Source: Octopus vulgaris
Lineage: Eukaryota
Length of the DNA stretch: 64,000 nt
Assembly: GCA_951406725.2 (NCBI GenBank)
Contig: OX597833.1
Coordinates: 68,696,001 to 68,760,000, forward strand
Direction: 5' to 3'
The notes under the pieces: generated by a model
What the model was told of the DNA's origin: nothing
Databases searched by the model: none
The model's input: only the letters and a program-made list of their open reading frames with translations
Shown: positions 27,592 to 41,222 of the stretch, one piece after another
Position numbering within the stretch: the stretch's first letter is position 1
Layout: each line of letters starts with the position of its first letter
Program-made: the position numbers and the translations under genes

Positions 27592-28617
27592 ATAAAATAT
27601 ACGTGTATATATTTGTATATATTCATTTCTATGTAACTGAACATATTTACGTAAGTAGCAGTTTGTGCGTATCTAAGTATGTATGTCCGCATGAGATTTT
27701 CCATTCGTATGTGTTGGCACACACACATATAGATATAGAAATTCAGCAACTTTTACAATCTCCCGCTTCTAATGGCGATGTTGTAAATCGTGATAAAGTG
27801 TATTGTTGTCGAATCACTATAAATATTTTGAACTAATATGGATGCTTTTCAATAGAACTTCGGTTATTGTATATGAAATATTTTATTGCTTGAGAATAGC
27901 ATCTTGTGAACAAGACTAAATGCTTTGTCAGTATTTGTTCATCTCGTTTCTTCATTCTATGAAATATTTATATTGGAACTCCTTCCTTCTTTGTCTCAAC
28001 GAAGCTCACTTCCCGGCCCGTATTTATTTATCCTTCAGTGATAAGAGGCAGTGTCGATGCTGTTTTTTGTGGTCTTTCGTGGTTGGTACTGGGGAAGTAG
28101 CAATGTCTCGTCTGGAGACTCATCACGAATGCTTACCACACATTGGAACCCACCTCTAGATGTCAGGTTAAAAGCGTGTAATCGAGGTGACGATGTAAGT
28201 TCACCACTCCTATAAGCCATGTTGAGATTTGAAAAAGAACGGGACCGAGTAGGGTATATAATCCAGTCCCACTTTTTAATGAGTCATACATTTCAGAACC
28301 GTATATGAGTGTAATAATTCATCGATCCCAGAAAGGAGAAAGCTGACATTAGTGGAATTTAAAAGTCGGAAGGCTTCATTTCTATAACACGCACTTCGAA
28401 ATCAGGTCTGTGTGAGGAAAATAGTGATATCATATTAAAAAGTGTTTTACTACGGCTATCAACGTGATGTTTTCGAATGATGGATGCATTAATGTATATG
28501 TAGGTGGTGCGTTGACCACTATAGGATAACATACAGACCTTGATTAAAACACCTTCTAGAGTATTATAAAGGAAATGACAAAAGAACGTTTTGGAATGTA
28601 TATTATTACGTCTGGAT

Positions 28618-28835
28618 GAGATGACAAACTGGCAGAACCGTTAGCACACCGGATAAAATATTTGGCGACGTTTCATCCAGCTCTTTCCGTTCTGATTTTA
28701 AATACGCTGAGACCAATATTGCTTCTCATCCATTAATGGTCGATAAGATAAAGTACCATTCAAGTGCTGGGGCCAATTTAATCGACATGTTCCTTTTGCT
28801 AAAACTGTTGGCCTTTGGACAGAATTTGAAGCCAT
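28618..28835 (+). mobile_element. Decayed SINE, family D (older tail type)
   Basis: Head CTGGCAGAACCGTTAGCACACCGG and core GCTTCTCATCC..GGTCGATAAGATAAAGTACCA..CTGGGG. Confidence 0.7.
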
Positions 28836-29545
28836 TATTTGATGTTAGATATTTAACCTTTTTCCTTTGTTGTATATGATTTTAAATAGTAACTAGCTTG
28901 TATGATTTTATTAGTCTTTCTTTGGCAGAAGAAATGAAGACTTTAATCTATAAAATTACAAAAAACACGCTCAAAAGAATTTTTTAAAAAATAAAAAAAA
29001 CAATGGAGGTAAAAAGAAAAAAAAATGATTGAGTTGTCATTTGAAATTTATCAACTGATCAACGCAGATATTTACCATGAACGAAGAATTTGGCATTATT
29101 TAGAAATAGTCTAGTTGCAAATTCATTCAGAGCCGATACTAACAAAGAGAATTGAGCATGCGATGTAATACCACAAGAGAGGAATTATAACTTCTAAGAG
29201 AAGTTTATCCTCTTGTCGCAAATAGCAAATAGTTATGGCGACAGAAAAGCAGACGTTTGCAATAAAGCATTTAGTTAGACAACTGTTAGACTTAGCGTTA
29301 ATTGAGGAGGAAAATCGACATTTTATGGACGTTAGCAGACGTTTAACGGAATAACCTCTAACATAGAGAAAATAGTGGAAAGCTGTTTTCATTTGTTAAA
29401 TACCTCTTCTTATTTGATACTCCGACGAATAATTACATTTTTAGTGTTTCTCAAAGATATATTTACCATTTTTGTCTTTCTAAAGTTAAATAACTTGTAC
29501 AATTGCCACACGACTAGAAGTTTACAAAAAGCATGCGTATTGACA

Positions 29546-29632
<87 letters not shown>

Positions 29633-29716
29633 ACATGCATACCTACATACATACATACAGAAATATATACAAATATGTATACGTGTGAATGAATGTTTGT
29701 ACGTAGAGTTTAAGCA

Positions 29717-29765
<49 letters not shown>

Positions 29766-30468
29766 GTGTGTGTGATGGTGTGTGTAAGACGTGTGTTATA
29801 TATATATATGTGTTAGGTGGGTATATGTGTGTAAGTACATTTATGTTCGTGTCCAAGTGTGCGCAAACGCGTGTGGGGTTATATTAATGCCATACGTCCA
29901 TGTCCTTGATTATGACCATGAACATTACTGAATTACACACGGCTCTCTAATAAGAATTATATACATACATACATGCATGCATAGAGACATAAAGTATATA
30001 CATATAATCACACACACAAAGTCCCACACTCGCACTAGTACACATATGCACACGCACACATACACACATGCGTTTCCGTTTTATTTCTGGAGACTTGTTA
30101 ATTGCACAATAACCATCTTACACTTCGCTCCAAAACGTGAGCACTTCCTTTCGGTTCCTCCAATTTCCTCTGCAGTGTCTTCTCCTTAGTATTACAACCA
30201 TTATATAGAGTAAGTACGGATTCGATGGCGGCGCCAACATCTTCCTGCGTAATAACGTAATAAAGCCAGAGTTGCTTCACAAAGGAAGGATTTTGACATT
30301 AAGTTACATTTTTTAAAATTTTATTTATTTATTTTTGTGAGAGGGAGAGAGATATCAACGACATGAAAACAATGCTTAGCCGTGTGTGCCGATTCCAATA
30401 AAAGGATATATCGAGTCGAAAGAAATAAAAAAGAAATAAAATATATAATTCAGATCAGAGACACAAGA

Positions 30469-30540
<72 letters not shown>

Positions 30541-30817
30541 GAAAACCGGATTGTACAAAATTGGATGACATTTATAAAATCGGATAAGCGTTCAGTTGTG
30601 ATTAGTACGATACAGACATAGAGTCTCTATGGTGTTGATTCCAATCTTTTTCTTCTTTTTCTTTCTCCCCTTGTGTGTGTGTGTGTGTGTGTGTGAGAGT
30701 TTATATTCATATAAGTATATACTGCATATAAACACACGCGTGTTTCTACTTATATATATATAGTGAGAGATATGGAAATATCTCCATGCAGTAGCGTAAA
30801 GATATATTCTTGTACAG

Positions 30818-30885
<68 letters not shown>

Positions 30886-31379
30886 GACGGATAGAGGTAA
30901 AGGAAGAGAATAACTTCACCAACGATAGGGAGAGATATGGAAATTGACTCTTGGAACTAAATGAGTTCATATATGTAGGATTCGATATCCATTTCATAAT
31001 AATGTTGTATTTTTCTGACTTTCCGGTTTCTAAGTATGAAACTATATAGATTGAAGAATGTATTTACGGATATCAACGTCTACCTATTTCTATATTTCTC
31101 TCACTGACTATTTTCAGTATGTGAACAAGTTTCCTATGTCAGAGATAAACAGGATTCGAAGTTGATATTTGCTTTTCGAGGTTTACTATAATTTCTATTC
31201 ATACTACGATGCATTACACTAATAGGAAACCAGCTCATTACTTAAGAATTACATCATATTATCGATCTTGAAGAAACGGAAGAAAAAAACTGACAACAGC
31301 GGAATTCGAACTCAGAACCTAACTAAAAGAGTGTTAGTAAATACTTCTATGTTCCCGATGCTCTTTTATGTTTTATTTT

Positions 31380-31700
31380 TACTTTCTTTTTATTTCTTCC
31401 AATTATTGGACTACGGCCATGCTGAGGCACCATCTTAAATATTTTAGTCGAAAAATGTTACTTATCTATTAAATGTTCGAATTATTCTATCGTTTTTTCT
31501 GCCGAACCGCTAAACATGCACTTGTATATATGTATACGACGGGTTTTCCCTCACAGTTTCCCTCTATCAACGTCCTTTACCAGAAAATTAGCCAACATGG
31601 GGCTTGCCGTAGAAGACACTTGCCTAATGTGCTCCGATGTGGGCTCGAACTCGACCGAAACTACGAGTTTGGAAACCGAGTCCCTGAACCCCTCATTCCA
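31380..31700 (-). mobile_element. Decayed SINE, family A
   Basis: Collinear matches CGGCCATGCTG, GCCGAACCGCTAA, TATACGACGGG and AGAAGACACTTGCC. Confidence 0.65.
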
Positions 31701-33166
31701 CGAATGTAAAGCAAGTGGAAATAATTATGAATTTCTGCCGGCGCTCCGAGATTGCCCAACATGATGTCGCTGTTGAGTATGATACACACACTATTTTTAT
31801 TGCAGTTTTCTTTTCTTTAACTCTACACCAAGTGTGATCAAGTAGGCTTGTGTTTCTTGTGATACTTACCATGAGTAATTTTCGCATAAAATATATCTTT
31901 TTACATCATTTTATCAAAAACCGCTTCTTAAAGAAATTTGTATCCTAAATGTCGGATTTTGCAATCTCCACAGTGACCGAAATCATTGATGTTTATGATA
32001 TTCTCCTCTTTTTATCATATATTTCACATTTAAGAAGTTAATATAAAACATTCATTTATAAATTATTATCTTAAAAGGTCTGAGGTCGTAGATAAAATAG
32101 CATAAGCATAGGAGAATTATTGGAGAGTGTGCAAGAACGCTTTGACTACGTAGAACATTGGGAAATAACGATCACATTCCAATAATAATACACGAACCTT
32201 TCGGGCTTGTAGCAGCAGGCCAGGAGAAAAATATTAAAAAGTGTGAATCTTTTGCTCTACAACCTTTTATTGCCTGTCTACATATAGGGTTACAAATCAT
32301 TGTAATGAACAACACGTCAACTATCTATCTATACACACACTCACGCGAACAAGCACACATACACACACAGACAAACATGTTATCTATATTTATATATAAC
32401 ATCAAGAGTTCTCGTAGTCAACAGCCTAGATTAATTCAACAGCTAGATAGGGGGTAATGCAATAAATATCCTTGAAATGCAGTGATATGATCGCATAAAG
32501 TTTACTTGCAACCCGTGATGAAATTGTACATTAAACTGTTGAGTTTATGTGTCTATATATAACACGCACAGCAAGAGGGCTCTGCGAGACAAAAGTTAAT
32601 GATGTATCAAATATCAGTTAGGGCCCAGCATAATTATAATAGAAATATGTATCCATTAATATAATGGTAAACTACACTTCTGTTCCTCGATAAAATTGTT
32701 AATAACATGATTAAGGCAAACTCCGAACTCCTATATAATAGTATACAAGCCAATCGAAGCCAGAGGGAACATGAAAACCTAAGAAAACATACGCTTTAAA
32801 ATATACACACGTCTATCATTTATATACAGCCGTCGATATATAACACTGTTTCTAGGGAAACAATATGGACATAAATATGGAAATAAATACCCATGTAGAT
32901 ATTTAGGCAGCAAGCAATGAAGTAGATATCAGTAAATTCGTTTATGATATAGCGGGGTGTTATCCGCAAATAGGAATGAAATTGTATCGTAAAGATGGAA
33001 CGGTCGTAAACTGCAAATATCTTAGGTTTCGATATAAAAGTCCCATCAAGCGTGCTCCTTTCTTATCCCAAATTAGATGGAGCATCTCATGTCAGGGAGA
33101 AGCTTAAGCAGAGCGAGGATTTTCTCGTGAAAAACGGCTAGCAACAACTTATCCTTGAACAAATAC

Positions 33167-33205
<39 letters not shown>

Positions 33206-33234
33206 TTACACATATGTATGTAGGGTCATACGAT

Positions 33235-33390
33235 GCTCTGCCGTAAAATAGTTTACTTCCGAACCACGTGCCTTTGGGTTCAATCCTACTGTGCGGCCCG
33301 TTAGAAGTGTGCCTTCGACTATAGACGCGGGCTGACCAATCAAATCCTTGTGACTGAATTTGGTAAACATAAACTGAAAGGAGACTGTTG
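33235..33390 (+). mobile_element. Decayed SINE, family A, 5' half
   Basis: Matches GGGTTCAATCCTACTG and CCTTGTGACTGAATTTGGTAAACATAAACTGAAAG, followed by microsatellite. Confidence 0.6.
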
Positions 33391-33483
33391 TGTATGTACA
33401 CATACACACACATTTATATATATACATGCATATATATATGCATATATATATATGCATATATATGCATATGTATATATATGTAT

Positions 33484-33517
<34 letters not shown>

Positions 33518-34403
33518 ATATTTGTATATATATATTTGTATATATATATATGTATATATATATATATCTGTGTGTGTGTTTAGCTCTCAAATGGACATGC
33601 CATTGATAATGTCGCAAACGATGTTGACGGTGCATTGACAAACGAAGCTAACTTGTTTGATTGACAGAACGATTAATCAGTTGGTCATTTGGTTAAATTT
33701 TCGTGAATTTACTAATTATGTAATCAGAAGTGAAACACAACCAGTGCCGGTTTTCAGTATCGGCATACCGACCCTCACCAGAAACAAACAAAATCTGTTT
33801 CAATAGACGAGCTCACATCGAGAATCTTTCAATCCAAATATAATCGCGAAACACTCACATATGTATATACGTGTGTATGTGTTATTCAATCTACTAAATT
33901 TATACTCACGCAAGAGCCTCCTCCGTTTTGTATCAAATTGTCTTATTTTAACGCAAATCTGTTTTGAAAATCTCTCTTTACATAACTTCTATAATGGTTT
34001 TGGCTGCCGTGAAAGTAATCAAAACCGTTATCTATTTTCATATATAAACTTTGACATTACTTAACTGAATGTAATCTTTCCGGAAGCGAAAACAAATGGA
34101 ATCTCTTTCATCTGCTATCGAAAGTTAACCTATTATTTTCCTCAAGTAATGTAGCTGAGAAAAGGTTGATTTGGTTTTTGGCTTTCCGTTTTGGCTTTCT
34201 TCTTACTGTAAATCACTTACTTATTCAAAACTGCACGAGGTACTCTCAAAGGGATTTTTCAAATCGCTCAAAATAGCAGCTATATTCCCTCTTGAATATA
34301 ACGCTACCGTGTTTAAAACTAGATAGTGTAGATGATATTGGATAACGTAGTCAGCAGAGCAATAACAACACTAAGAATAATCGTTTATACACGAGGTAGG
34401 TGC

Positions 34404-35215
34404 GGGGCCTGAAATTTGTGGGGAGGGGACTTACGGATTTCATCGAACCCCTGATTCACTGTTGCTTATTTTGTGGACTTCGAAAGGGATGAAAGGCAAA
34501 GTCGACCTCAGCGAAATTTGAACTCACAACGTAAAGACGGACAAAATACCGGGTGCTAATAATTTGCCCGGCATGCTAACAATTCTTATTTCTTTACTGC
34601 CCACAAGGGGCTAAACATAGAAGGGACAAACAAGAACACACAAACGGATTGAGCCGATTACATCGACCCCAGTGCGTAACTGGTACTTATCTAATCGACC
34701 CCGAAAGGATCAAAAGGCAAAGTCGACCTCGGCGGAATTTGAACTCAGAACGTAAAGACAGACGAAATACCTGTTTCTTTATTACCCACAAGGGGCTAAA
34801 CATAGAGGGGACAAACAAGGACAGACAAATGGATTGAGTCGATTACATCGACCCCAGTGCGTAACTGGTACTTAATTTATCGACCCTGAAAGGCAAAGTC
34901 GACCTCGGCGTAATTTGAACTCAGAACGTAACGACAGGCGAAATTCGGCTACGCATTTCACCCGGCGTGCTAACGTTTCTGCCAGCTCGCCGCCTTAACA
35001 AGAACAGTCATACTGGTTTCAAATTTAGTAGGAATTTTGAGGGAAGTAACGAGTCGAATACGTCGATCCAAGTGTTCAAATAGTCCTAATTTTATCGACA
35101 CCGATAGGATGATAGAATTTCGACCTCGGCGAAATTTGAACTCAGAACGTAGCGACGGGCGAAGTACCACTAATCGTTTCGCCCAGCGGGCTAACGATTC
35201 TGCCAGCTCACCGCC
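34404..35215 (-). mobile_element. Head-to-tail array of four family D SINE units
   Basis: Units at about 34404-34586, 34587-34770, 34771-34994 and 35010-35215. Each has a B-box GAGTTCAAATT on the minus strand. Heads GGCGG(C/T)GAGCTGGCAGAA begin at 34994 and 35215. Confidence 0.85.
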
Positions 35216-35269
35216 TTCCTGTCAGCAAACGCATTACAAAATTGGTACGTAATTTATCGACACCGGTGG

Positions 35270-35744
35270 AACAACTCTCGAAAGAGTCCAGAAGCTGGCT
35301 ACCCGCATGGTTCTTGGTCTCAAGCATTTGTCTTATGAAGAAAGGCTGAAGACGCTCGACCTTTATTCTCTTGAAAAACGCCGCCGCCGTGGTGATCTCA
35401 TTCTCGCTCCCAACATCATAAGCGGAAAGTGTAACCTCTCGAAAGAGCTGTTCTTCACCCCTGCTCCAGAGCGTCGGCTGCGGGGTCATTCCGAAAAGCT
35501 CTATCTGCGACGATTTCATCTCAATCGAAGGAGAGGAGCTTTCTCCGTCCGGGTTGCGGATCCGTGGAATAAGCTGCCGGACGAGATGGTGAAGATGCCA
35601 CGACCGCTCGGTTCCAAGTCTCCCTTGACCACATGTGGCCTGAACTCTTTACATGAACACCACCCTGTACATAAATCCATGTCCTCCTACATGGCCTTGC
35701 TTTTTGCTTTTTGAGGCAAAAAATGAACTAACTAACTAACTAAC
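35270..35744 (+). pseudogene. 5'-truncated CR1-group LINE: ORF2 C-terminus, 3' UTR and (AACT)n tail
   Basis: LERVQKLATRMVLGLKHLSYEERLKTLDLYSLEKRRRRGDLI...RGHSEKL...FSVRVADPWNKLP, then the (AACT)n tail at 35726-35744. Confidence 0.9.
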
Positions 35745-35767
35745 GACACCAATAATAATAATAATTA

Positions 35768-36045
35768 ATACTAAAATGATACCAGGCTTACCATCCCTAC
35801 AGGAATTGCAAAAAAATCGTGTTAACTGCAACGATAATGAGAAGAGCATTATCGCTATGAAAACAGCATCCATTGATGAATTTATTTATCTATTAATTCT
35901 TTAAATACATACTTTACCTGTGAATTTGCGTGCATAATCTGGGAATGCATACAATGAGCTTCTCTGCCTTAGGTGTACGGAAAACACTCGGCAAGAAATG
36001 GAAGAACATTTGGAAAAAAGGTATTTTGGAAAAGAAGGAAGATAA
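35768..36045 (+). mobile_element. 5'-truncated R4/Dong-type non-LTR element end
   Basis: MIPGLPSLQELQK / IVLTATIMRRALSL* resembles the QK.AL.GT.HILRR.L C-terminus of REL-endonuclease elements. (TAA)n lies on both sides. Confidence 0.6.
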
Positions 36046-36228
36046 TAATAATAATAAGTTGATAATAATCGTTTTCTAATTTTGGTACCAAACCATCCAT
36101 TGTGAGGGCGAGGTAAAGTCGGTAACATTGATCCCAGTACATAATTATTTCTTTATTTTAACGACTTCCCCCCAGGAAAGAAAAGTAAAGTTGAGTTCGA
36201 TATGATTTCAATTTGGAACGTAATGGAT

Positions 36229-36615
36229 TGGAAGCACTCCGTCGGTTACGACGACGAGGGTTCCGGTTGATCCGAATCAACGGAACAGCCTGCTCGTGAA
36301 ATTAGGGTGTAAGTGGCTGAGTACTCCACAGACACGTGTAGCCTTAACGTAGTTCTCGGGGATATTCAGCGTGACACAGAGAGTGACAAGGGCAGCCCTT
36401 TGAAATACAGGTACAACAGAAACAGGAAGTAAGAGTGTGAGAAAGTTGTGGTGAAAGAGTACAGCAGGGATCACCACCATCCCCTGCCGGAGCCTCGTGG
36501 GGCTTTTTAGGTGTTTTCGCTCAATAAACACTCACAACGCCCGGTCTAGGAATCGAAACCGCGATCCTATGACCGCGAGTCCGCTGCCCTAACCTCTGTG
36601 CCATTGCGCCTCCAC
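36229..36615 (-). mobile_element. tRNA-derived SINE, family C, full length, with 13-bp TSD
   Basis: Near-identical to 59345-59728 and 59895-60277. TSD TTGGAACGTAATG at 36213-36225 and 36616-36628. Inserted into a decayed D copy starting at about 36070. Confidence 0.9.
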
Positions 36616-37094
36616 TTGGAACGTAATGCAGCCAGGTAGGATTTTCAACGTAAAGAGCCGGAAAACCCAGTAAAATGGAGGAGATGAGGTCAGCGTTATC
36701 TACTATTGTCTTCAGCTCCAAACTGCTGGCCGTTACACTAAATGCGATAAATTATTTTTATTAAGACACATCAGGGAAGAAGTTCCGTTGGATTCGATTA
36801 TGTAACAGCGATGTAGAAAATACGTCACGACGTTTTTTCGAAAATTTACTTTCTATGTTCGAAACCTACCGCGTTCATTAATGATTTCTAACGGCCCTGA
36901 GGCAATAAAATATAGTCCCCGTTGATACATCTTCAAGGTAATCGACCGATCCTCACTGCAGAATTAATATGTAAAGGAATTTACATTCATTGTATTTTGG
37001 CTTTTATTTGATCAGTCATTGGGGCAAGTTTCTGAAGGGTTTCTTCTTGAACAAGTCGAGATTCGCACTAATAATTTTTTTAAAGCCAGGCAAT

Positions 37095-37211
37095 TACTTT
37101 ATCGGTTCATTCTGCAGAACCGCTAAGTTACAGCTTCGTACACAAGCCAACACCGGTTATCAAGTGGTGGTAAGGGGCATGCTCACACGAACAAACACTC
37201 ACAAACGCAGA

Positions 37212-37263
<52 letters not shown>

Positions 37264-37441
37264 ACATACACACTCACACACACACATATATATATATACA
37301 CTCACACACACACACACATATATATATACATATATACATATACACACACACATATATACATATACACATATATATAAATACACATACACACACACACATA
37401 TATATATATACACATATATATATAATACACATACACACACA

Positions 37442-37475
<34 letters not shown>

Positions 37476-37480
37476 CACAA

Positions 37481-37543
<63 letters not shown>

Positions 37544-37745
37544 CACATACACACATATATATATATACATATGTATACACGCGCACACATCCACAAACTC
37601 ACACAGGGTTTCTTTCAGTTTCCATTTAACAAATCAACGCACCTGGTTTCGGTCAGATCGATGCTATAGCTGAAGACACCTTCGCCTGGCGGAATGTGGT
37701 GAGTGTTTAACCTGCAACCACATAGTTCAGAATCAAACTACTTAT
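37095..37745 (-). mobile_element. Decayed SINE, family A, with expanded internal microsatellite
   Basis: 3' part GAACCGCTAAG...CACCGGTTATCAAG and 5' part TTCTTTCAGTTTCC...GCTATAGCTGAAGACAC flank about 390 bp of TA/CA repeat. Confidence 0.6.
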
Positions 37746-38784
37746 TCTTCACCCCGCCTACTTCTATTTTCATGGAATGCCAGTCTTTTGCGTTATGGTT
37801 ATTATTATTACAAGTTAATACCAGACTTTCGCGTTATGGTTTCATATTCTACCGCTGACCACACTATTTTGTGCATCTGAGACCGACGCATTTATGCACC
37901 AGTCATCCACTGCATTTTACCTAATCTAAAAAAAAAAAAAAACGCTATCAAATTTCCGGCTTTGATACCAAAAAAATACTAATTAAATGATCTTCAATGT
38001 CTATCATTTCATAATTAGTTGGTTACCAGTTACTATTAATTTCTTATCGTATGTATTTCATTCTGCATATAAGGAATTACTAGCACCGATCTGTAATTTA
38101 TTTCAAAATCTCGCCTGAATAAATTTTTCGCAAAATTTAATCTCAAGTATTTATAATCTTCTTCTCTATGATCGAAAGATATCAGATGTCTAGACATTTT
38201 GAATAAATTATTCACACGAAAGAAGAAGAGTTTATAATCATTACAATTTTATATCAGTTGAAAAATAAATAACGATAAAACATATACACGTTGAAACGCA
38301 ATCAAAATTACGTATAATCGCCCACATACACACAGGAACATACACACACAGATGTATATTTATAAGTGTTTATGAGTGTGCGTATGTGCTTTTGTATATC
38401 AAAAGAGAAGTCTCGTGGTCTAATTGTGTAGGACATTATGCGTATGATCTCGGGATGGTGGGTTCGAAACATGGTGCGGCCTGTGTGCTGTCGCATTTGA
38501 CCAAAGCGTTCCATTTTTTTTTCGCCGTTCAAGTTTACTCAGCTGAAAATAACTTTAACGCGCTGACCTCTGACTCAAGTGTGAGACCTATTGGTTATCT
38601 GTGCATACCTCCTCGCAACAAAATTATTTTTAATTAAGATACAAGATCAGGAATCCTAATTGTAAGGTGTAGATCGATGGCTTCGGAACTGATAGTTGAA
38701 ATGCAGTTTGATTTATTCCGCACCCACGAAACGATGAAAGGCAAAAAAGACCCTAACGGGAACTGTTACACACACACACAATTT

Positions 38785-38942
38785 TTTCTTTTATTCTTTT
38801 ACGTGTTTCAGGCATCTGACTGCGGCCATATTGGAGCACCGTCTTTAGTCGAAAAAGTCGTCCCTAGGACTTATTCTTTGTAAGATAAGTGTTTATTCTA
38901 TCGGTCTCTTTTGCCGAACTATTAAAAATATGGCGACGTACG
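38785..38942 (-). mobile_element. SINE family A, 3' half
   Basis: TGACTGCGGCCATATTGGAGCACCG...TTATTCTATCGGTCTCTTTTGCCGAAC. Abuts the truncated end of the transposase. Confidence 0.7.
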
Positions 38943-38964
38943 TACACTTTCGTCTCTGATATGT

Positions 38965-39689
38965 AAGTGTTGTATTCACTTGAAGTTGTGAATGGTGCTG
39001 AGCCCTGTTGGGGGATTCCAGGTTCGTCCTGAGAGTTTATTTCAGCTGTCAGGATGTCGTTAATGTATCACTGAGTGTTAATTTTAACACTCAAAGGCAC
39101 AAAAACTTGGGAAGACCTCGCATTGGCTGTCACAGCTAGCCAAACCATAAATAATTTCGATGTCGATTTACAAGTCTACCCTCGACGGAGCCAGATACTC
39201 AACAAAGTATGTTATTCTGATGGTTTACTCTGGTTTCGATGTCAAATATCTTTTCATCAGTGAACACCAGGTTGGGCAGCGTGCCTTCAGCAATCTGACG
39301 CAGGATAACACGACTTCTCTCCAGTGCAAGGTTCTTATAAACTTACGTAAGCTCATGGCAAAGGATCATGTTTTTGGGGTGCGTCTTGAGAACCTCCTTC
39401 AGCACTCGATACTTCAACGTTCGGCTTGATTTGCCGTGGTAGCCAGATTTCTGCAGGAACGACGAGGTATACGCATTATATTTTCTCTAGTAATTTTGAT
39501 AAGCTGGGGCCCTGCACACTACTTTTTCGGCCATATCAAATTCAATCATTGGTGGAGCCAGTCTCTTGAAATTTCTTGACAGTTTTCCAGACTGTCTTTC
39601 GATTAATTCTAAGCTTCTTTATTTTCTACAGCTGTATTACCTTCGCGTCCTCTGTGGACGGTTACGGTTGTATTTCTGTCTATAGGCAT
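38965..39689 (-). pseudogene. Tc1/mariner-superfamily transposase pseudogene (maT/DD37D-like)
   Basis: Hand translation across frameshifts: MPIDRNT..., KKLRINRKTVWKTVKKFQETGS (HTH), GRK, PRRSCRNLA, LVFTDEKIFDIE...NHQN, MVWLAVTANARS, VFVPLSVKINTQ*YINDIL, QQGSAP. Truncated before the third catalytic residue. Confidence 0.85.
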
Positions 39690-39907
39690 TATCTATTTTA
39701 TAAATTTCAATTTGTTTAGTCTGAAACAAAAATAAGACACACTTCTATTTTATAATCATGCATAAATTCCATATCACATTTATTGAAGGTAATATAAGTA
39801 TATATATATATATATATATACATAGACACATATACATATATCGTTCAAATGTATATATAAATGTATATATACATTCACATATATATGTATATGTGTATGT
39901 ATTTCTA

Positions 39908-40092
39908 TATACATAAATAGATATATGCATTTATACATACATATAATTATACTTATACACACATATGTATGTGTGTGTATTTACAGAAATATATATATAT
40001 ATATATATTTATATATACATAAATAGATATATGCATTTATACATACATATAATTACAATTATACACACATATGTATGTGTGTGTATTTACAG

Positions 40093-40127
<35 letters not shown>

Positions 40128-40300
40128 AATAGATATATGCATTTATACATACATATAATTATACTTATACACACATATGTATGTGTGTGTATTTACAGAA
40201 ATATATATATATATATATTTATATATACATAAATAGATATATGCATTTATACATACATATAATTACAAATATACACACATATGTATGTGTGTATTTACAG

Positions 40301-40335
<35 letters not shown>
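39908..40335. repeat. Four-unit tandem repeat (about 105-110 bp) with A-B-A-B structure
   Basis: Unit TATACATAAATAGATATATGCATTTATACATACATATAATT...GTATTTACAGAAA(TA)n occurs four times. Confidence 0.9.
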
Positions 40336-40338
<3 letters not shown>

Positions 40339-40844
40339 CGTTTAATGTGAAGATTCAATCAGAGGTTTGGTGTATTAAACCGGGGAATGCTCAGTAAAGA
40401 GTCTTTCTGATTATATTTATTAAATTTTCTCTAATGGACCAGCATTTCAAAAGAAATATCGTTATCACTTTCGAGATAAAATCACGGACTCCCTCAAGCT
40501 AGAATTTGACGTAAACGCGATTAAGTACGGGTCTTGGAAGAAAGGGGTCAGAAGAGGTTATATTTAACGGTAACTTAACATTCACATTATATGCATTGAA
40601 ACGTGGATTGAAGTACTTACTTGACAATGCGTTAAGGTTTTCATCAACACAAAATCAACGAGTTAGGGCATATGGCAATGACGAAGTCGTGACACTCGAG
40701 GCAACAACAGCATACTTAGAAATGGACAGCATGATGAGAAGTTATACAAAGTTGCACATAACGATGTTCAAATGCAATTAATGTAAGATTGCGATTGATA
40801 ATTTTAGATTATTAAAAGGGAAAGTGGATATACATGTATACATA

Positions 40845-41148
40845 AAGTCAAAGCGTCGGGATCACAATCATGATGTAGTGGGTTCGACTCGTGGACCAGG
40901 TTGTGTTGTGAGTTTGATCAAGACACTCTAACTGATGTCGCTTCAGTTCCGTTAGCAGTATAATTGTGTGGTGACGTCACTGGTGCCAAGCTGTGTGGCC
41001 CTTTGCCTCACTCTTGGATAGCGTCGAAAGCGGAGGCTGGTATGCATGGTCGACTGCTAGTCTTCCCAAAAAAACCTTCCATGTATTTTGCATCGTAGTG
41101 TAGTTTTCTAGGTGCAGTACGATGGTCATTCATGATCGAAGTGTCTCT
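40845..41148 (+). mobile_element. Decayed SINE, family B
   Basis: Matches GGGTTCGACTC, GACGTCACTGGTGCCAAGCTG, GGTATGCATGG.CGACTGCT and TGGTCATTCATGA. Confidence 0.75.
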
Positions 41149-41170
41149 ATACCACACACACGCACACACA

Positions 41171-41220
<50 letters not shown>

Positions 41221-41222
<2 letters not shown>

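Noticed and set aside
34404-35215. CRISPR-like repeat array
   Set aside because: The units are SINE copies of about 200 bp without unique spacers, in a eukaryotic context with no cas genes.
36990-37673. Longest ORF (227 aa) and the many other YI/HT/CV-rich ORFs
   Set aside because: They are dinucleotide microsatellite read-through.
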